64,000 nucleotides of DNA. Source: the human T2T-CHM13v2.0 reference genome, Homo sapiens. The first letter of the stretch is position 1. Each line of letters begins with the position of its first letter. The DNA lies in the NCBI RefSeq assembly GCF_009914755.1, contig NC_060935.1, one strand, 5' to 3'. Made by a program: the position numbers and the translations under genes. Below the pieces are notes generated by a model. The model did no database searches. It saw nothing but the letters and a program-made list of their open reading frames with translations, and was not told the DNA's origin. Below are positions 57,513-64,000 of this stretch, in pieces.

Positions 57513-60500
57513 AATAATTATTTCGCACATCACACATTAAAAAATTAAGGCATACTGGGTAACTGAGTCTACAAATTTGCTTTTATGTTCAGAAATACGT
57601 ATCCTAAAATTCGAACACACAAAAGAAAACAATCAAGAAAGTAAGACTTCTGGTCCTAAAATTAAAAGTTGCTTTTCTGCTCAAGTTTTAATAACTTAAT
57701 TATAAGGGGTTGGCCTTTCATTTTCAAATAATATTGTGCTCAACAGCAACTCGACCAATACAGATTTTTTTCTATTGAACCAAATATTAGGATAGATAAT
57801 TTGTGGCTATAGTTTGATCATCAAGACGGAATCTCGAAGTTGAGAATCTTAAAAAAAAAAAATCCCAGGTCACATAACGGTGGCACTCACATGGCACTGC
57901 CTTGCCCTATGTTTATTCACATATGTGTTTTCTCTCTTCAGCCAAAGTTAAGTTTTAACAGAGCAGAGACTGTGCCTTAGGTTTGACTATTTCTGCTCCA
58001 TGGTGCCTCATCCAGAGCACTGCATGTAGTCTCTGCTTAACAAGTGGTTATGTTTTTTGTAGTTGGGTTTGGTGAAAAGTAGTAAACTAAAGAATAAAAA
58101 CTATAAGGCCACAGTGGTTCTTCCTGATGTATTTAAATAATCCCAACATATACTGTACTTAAATTCCAAGTTGCTCTCACTTCATTCTAGCTTGTTTTTT
58201 AATTAACAAATGTTTACAAATCCTTTAATTACATATTTAGAAACTTTGTTGATGAAATTTCTATTACAGCAAATGTACTTTTATATCCTGTTCAGTAGCA
58301 ATTCTTATTTTATCATCAGTAAAATAACATGTAGTGTAAACATATTTCTCTATAAATTTATAAACCAAAGATGCATTAATTTTTTGTTAGTGTTCTATCA
58401 TCTATCTTCTAGACTGACTCTTAAGACTTGTTTCCTCATCCTTAATTTATTTTTACCTCTTTTTTGAACCCTTTTATTAAGTAGCAGGAATTTTATGTAA
58501 ATGTACTCAAATACTAATATTGGAAAGGTATGACAAAAAGGATTCATTCTAGTCAGTGTTATCTGGTTAGTGTTTTTTGTTTTTGTTTTTGGTTTGGCTT
58601 TTTTTAAAAGACAATTGAAAATTCTCCATATTTCACTGATAATTCTCCAAAATTAACCCAAAATATGCTATGTCCAAGGTGGCAGTCTAAAAGTATATGT
58701 AATTTGGGGTTTTCAACAAAGTCTTTTGGAAACATATAACCTATTCTTCACTCACACCACTGTTCATAATAGATATTAAAGCACTTAACCACGTTAAAAG
58801 CACTTAGGAAATATCAGACATTATCATGCACCCATAATCATAAATGTTAATTATTTTAAAAACTTTATAATATATAGTCATTTACTTCAAGTTCACTGTG
58901 CATGCATTTCAGGCAAATATGTTTCTATCTTACCTTCCTGCCTCTAGGTTTCTCCACATCAATGTTGCACAAGCTCCTAAAGCTTAAAGTGTTCACAAAT
59001 TAAGTTTCTATCTTTATGACCTTCTCTTATCTGCTCTTCCTGTGTTACTTCCTATCTTGTTCAACAATACAGCAACCACCCACACAATTAAAGCAGAAAC
59101 CTGACAGCCACTCCAGATTCTGAATTTAAACACTCTCTCTCTCTCATTTGCTTAAAATCTGACAGTGAGAGGGCTCATGTGGCCTAAAGATCTGTCATTA
59201 AAAAGGACACTCACTGGATGATTTACAGATTCATCAGACCTCATTGAGCTTCTCCAATGTGCCAGCCAATGAAATGGACAGTGAGGATGTTCAGCTGTAT
59301 TAAATACAGTTAGTAAATCTATATCTGCAGATGTCAGATATGTAAATAAATGAGTAACATTGCAGGGCTTATGATAGAAATACAGGATAAATAAAGGAGT
59401 AGCAAAATTTAACTGAGGAGGGTTGGGAGTCAGGGAAGGCTACACAGAGTGGTGCAATTCCTCTATCTAAAATGTGATATAGGATCTTTACATTGACTCA
59501 ACAGTTCATTCAAAAACAATTGTGATGTGTCTGGAAGAACAAAAACAAAAAGGATTAATATGATTAAGGAATTCACCATTGGATGAATAACCCAATATGT
59601 TACAAACTAATTACTTCACATGATTATTTACTGAGTTGGAGAGTTTAATTACCAGTGTGATTACTCATTGTATACCTCAAATAGCAAAATAAAAAGACAG
59701 GTAAGGCTCAGTAACAAGGTAGAAGCTAAAAATATATTTTTGGGGGTCATTTGCACACAAGTACCAATTGACACTAGATAAAGATCGATCCTCCAGAGAG
59801 AAGCAGTGAGAAAAGTGAGAAGAGAAATCTGAGGTCTGAACCCTAGAAAATGTGCCAGTATTTATAGGGCAGACAGGAAGACCCAGCCAAGGAGACAGTC
59901 GAGGAAACAATAAACAAAGGGTATCCAACAATATAAGGGAAACAAACCTATGTATGTGTTCAATGTCATATTTTATAGTGATAAATACCCCTTTATTTTA
60001 AAAATATGTTTTATCCTCAAAAATGTTATGTTAATAGTTGTATAAATTGATAGGGTACAATATGACACTGGTTTTATCTTTGAATGTTCTTTCTTTTCCT
60101 ATTAACACCATCCCCCATTACATTCTAAAATTTTTCCTTCTTTCTTCATCATTCATCATGGTAACAGAGAAAGAGTAAAACACAAAACATGCTTTTTAAG
60201 GCTTTCTCTAATATTGCTTCTTCAAATAACCTAAAACGTGTCCTGCGTTAGTTTTGGCTTTATTTCTATCACCATTTGAAATTTGTCATTTAGGAGTAGT
60301 TAAGACAAACGATGGGCAGCGTCAAGGCAAAGGAAGAGAATTCTTCAAGAAGAGAAGGGCTAATCCCTGAAGAAACAATAAATCACAGTGACTTCACCCA
60401 GAGCGTTTCCGTGGAGCAGTGGGGATGATTTCAAATCACAATGGGTACAGGGGAGGAGAGGAGGAAGAGACATTGAGTTGTGATGGTAAAGTGAAGAGAA

Positions 60501-60729
60501 ACAGTAAAACAACTTTTGCGTATTGTGGGACAGTGCAAAGAAACTAGAACATACCTGTTGGCTGAGGGAATGGAGCCAACAAGAAGGAAAAGTTTAAAGA
60601 TAGAAGAGTAGTAAACGCTATGGAATTAGGTTAAAGGAATTATAAAAAGGTGGAATTGTGCAAAAAAGAGGTACCAAGAGCACAACATATTCAGACACAG
60701 ACTGACCAGAACAGAGTCTAACTTTGCAG

Positions 60730-60851
60730 TTTCTATGGCTGCTTTTATGCTATAATGGTAGAGTTGAGTAGTTGTAACAGAGACCATATGGCCTGAAAAG
60801 TCTACAATATTTACTATTTGGCCCTTTACAAAAAAAGTCTGCCAACCTCTG
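60730..60851. mobile_element. MER58A-like hAT fragment
   Basis: GAGTTGAGTAGTTGTAACAGAGACCATATGGCC...ATATTTACTATTTGGCCCTTTACA. Confidence 0.85.
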
Positions 60852-61889
60852 CATCTGCTCCAAGCTATTAACTATTCTTTGCAGTGAAAATATGCAAGTT
60901 TGATAGATGTGTTTTCTATGTTTTCATCCAAGTTATTAAGGATTCTGAACCCAACAGAGTCTAATCCAAAGCGCCAATAAAATCCCTGTTCACCTCCCTC
61001 TTGACTAACACAAATCTATCAGTTATCAGTAGAAGAATGATAATAATACTTTATTGTCATCCAGGCTACAACCATTATTTTCTTCAAGGTTTCTGTAGTA
61101 AATGCTGTCAATTTCTGGTTGAAATACATACATACTTAAGGCAATACCATTTACAGTTTATGAACCTGGTAAACCTATCAGACATATAATCTGAACTTTC
61201 CTTTATGGCTCAAGGTCATTATTTTTAAAATCAATAACTTTACTGGGCTATAATATAGTTATTCCCCGGCAATATACGGAGACAGATTGGAGCTATTTTC
61301 ACCTTATTTAATAAGAAGCCTCAGCCAGCTGGGCTTGCTTAGGTCTCATGAATGCTTTTCAAGACCTGGAAATATAAGAGGAGGCAGGAAAACTACTAGC
61401 TGTCATTTCTCAGTGCTAATAGTGTGAATAACTCAAACCAGTTCTCTTATCTATTCTAATACCCTACTCCTCTTCTGCTGTGGATATGAGAACCACATAA
61501 ACCAGGGTGATGTAATTATATGGAAAGTAAAGACAAATGGGCTTTTAGTGTCTACCATACGATCCTTATGAACTCATTTACACATTCTGTGACACTGATT
61601 TTAGCTTTTAAGTGGATTTGTTGCATATTGGTTAGTTCATTTGGTTGCATTTTCCACAGCTGAGTCTGCTAAACAGCTACATTTTGTAAAAGCAGGTGGT
61701 TGCTACATTGCTTATTAAATGTTTCAATGAAATGCAGGACTTATCAGCATCTTCTCAGATTGGGTCTGAAAAGACTTTTTCAGAACCAACACAGCACATT
61801 CAACCCCTGCTTCACAGCTCACACCCAGCAACATCTCTGAGCTCTTCAGTCCAAAGAAGGCATGCTACATTTCAAATCTTAAATATTCA

Positions 61890-62115
61890 GGATCCTAATA
61901 TATACAACATAGGGACTGCAGTTAATAACAATGTACTATATTCTTGAAAATTGCTAACAGTAGATTTTAAGAGTTATCATCACACAAAAAAGGTAAGTAT
62001 GTGAGGTAATGCATGTTAATTAGTTTGATTTAGTCAACACTGTATACATATTTCAAAACATGTTGTACATGATATATATATACAATTTTTATTTGTCAAT
62101 TAAAAATAAATTAAT
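61890..62115 (+). mobile_element. L1MA-type 3' end (copy 1)
   Basis: TTCTTGAAAATTGCTAA..GTAGATTTTAAG...ATGTGAGGTAATGCAT...TTTGTCAATTAAAAATAAA. Confidence 0.85.
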
Positions 62116-62124
62116 AATAAGATA

Positions 62125-62305
62125 TGACCAGGCATGGTGGCATGTGCCTGCCGTCCCAGCTACTTGTGGAAGGGTGAGGTGGTGGGATTGCGTGAGCACA
62201 GGAGGTTGAAGCTGCAGTAAGCCTTGATTATGCCACTGAACTCCAGCTTGGGAGCTACAGCAAGACTCTGTCTCAAAAAATAGATAAAATAAAATAAAAT
62301 AAAAT
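62125..62305 (+). mobile_element. Alu right-monomer (FRAM/AluJ-like)
   Basis: CCAGGCATGGTGGCATGTGCCTG...GACTCTGTCTC followed by an (AAAAT)n tail. Confidence 0.88.
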
Positions 62306-63500
62306 TTTAAAAATGAATCCTAACATATAAGGCTTCAAATCGTGTTTGGCTTACTTTTATAGACAAAGCACTGCATCCAAAACTGTCTTCATGAACACAC
62401 TCTACAAAAAAGTGCTCAAGGAAAAAATCTAAAATCTGAGAAAAGATGACTTCTCATAATGAAAGACAGCTCCCATGCCTGGGCTATGATGCTTCCACAG
62501 ACCTCTCCACCTCCTAATTGTATAAAAACCACTAAACTGCACACCCCACAAATCAAAAAAACACACAGTATTAATCTGTCAATATTAAAGCTAATATAGA
62601 GATGTCAGCATACCAGAGGGAAGATGAAGGAAAAGACATATTATCATGTGCATTATCAACAGTTATAAGAAACAAAGCATGCTTTATTCTTGCTCTAGAA
62701 AAAAGGCTCATCAGAAGAAACTATTTCTTCCTGTATGTGTACTTGTGCCCTTTGCTGTCCTGTGGGCTTCCGCCTTTAGTTTTGATTTACATTTGGTTCT
62801 GAAATACTGTATGAGGAGGCAGAACATTTCTGCTGCACCTCTGGTCTTGGATTCTTTCCTTTTTGCTGTAATACTATATATTACCCCCTGTAGCTTTTTG
62901 CTGAAACCATCCCTCACATAGAAGTGTAAAAATGCTCCCTTTTAAATTGCATTAATTCTGAAATGTAGCTATTTGAAAAAACTTAAAGTGTTGTCAAACA
63001 CTAGACAGGTTACCTGCATAATTCACATTACCTTATTGAGACCTCAGATACAGTTACAAAATAATATCTGCTGTGCTGAGCGCAGAGCGACAACCAGGGC
63101 GAGGGGGGTACCTCAGGGATATCATGAGGGCACCAAGGATTTGGGGATTTGGGTTTAAGAAAGTCATTCATGTCCCCCACTATCATATTAAAAATGAAAT
63201 GATTCCATCTGTATTCATGTGCCACAGGCAGCAGGGATATAGGAAGACTGGCCCTGATCACAGCCTCGGCCTTGCGGACTATTCAGGAACACTCCACCCA
63301 GCAGTCAAACACAGAATGGGCCACGTCTCTGTCTAAATTACACCTTTCAATGGCTTACCACAGCTCTCAGCATAATGGCCAAGCTCCCTTAACATTACTC
63401 CCCATGCCTTTCACTGGTGGACACTTGTTTACCTATATTCACACCTGGAAATCTTGGCAAGTGCTGTTCTATCCCCCTTCTCCCTCTCACTGCACCCAAT

Positions 63501-63946
63501 GTCTGAAATGACTTGTCCAGAATCAAGGCAGCACGGTCAACCCCTGCTCACAGCTTCCACCCAGTAATCATCCCTGAACTCCTTCAGTCCGGAGAAGGCA
63601 TGCTGGATTTTAACATTTTAAAAATGAAGAATCCTAATATATACAATATGATTACTATAATAATCACAATGTATTGTCTTCTTGAAAATTGATAAGGAAG
63701 CAGACTTTAAGTGTTAAGTGTTATCATCACAAAAATATGATAAATATATGAGGTAATGCATATGGTCATTAGCTTGATTCAGTCATTGGATACTGCATAG
63801 ATATTTCAAAACAACATGCTCTACAGGATAAATTTATACAATCTTTATTTGTCAGTTAAAACTAAATAATAAAATGACACTCTTTTTAAAGAGTCCTAAC
63901 ACATAAGGCTTCAAATCATGTTTGCCTTACATTTACAGGCAAAGCA
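63501..63946 (+). repeat. Diverged direct copy of 61764-62370 (without the Alu monomer), containing L1MA 3' end copy 2
   Basis: Collinear similarity across non-repeat flanks: GTCTGAAA.GACTT, CAACCCCTGCT, AGAAGGCATGCT, ATAAGGCTTCAAATC.TGTTTG. Confidence 0.9.
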
Positions 63947-64000
63947 GCACACACTTCAGCCTCAGTTCAGACACCACTTCCTCTAGGAAGCCTTTCCCAA

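Overview
This is human genomic DNA: a human-specific AluYb8-type insertion sits at 45676. It is AT-rich and repeat-dense, and reads as intronic or intergenic sequence. I recognise no host protein-coding gene. Every long ORF in the track is broken LINE-1 ORF2 or a translation of Alu, LTR or DNA-transposon sequence. Most of the window is explained by transposons: L1 fragments of several ages (two with twin-priming 5' inversions, one lacking both poly(A) and TSD), about 10 Alus, MaLR/ERV1 solo LTRs, Tigger/Kanga/hAT DNA transposons, and many MIR and L2 relics. There is also a tailless 5' U6 snRNA pseudogene and a 1.4-kb palindrome-rich AT array. I see no convincing new biological system. The most unusual recurring signal is a set of apparent DNA-repair or template-switch scars: three segments apparently copied from 1-3 kb away, a fold-back inversion inside an L1PB 3' UTR, and an L1 that looks endonuclease-independent. 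I also list a few unvalidated exon-like and enhancer-like islands. Repeat subfamily names come from my recall of consensus sequences, not from a search, and boundaries of old repeats are approximate.
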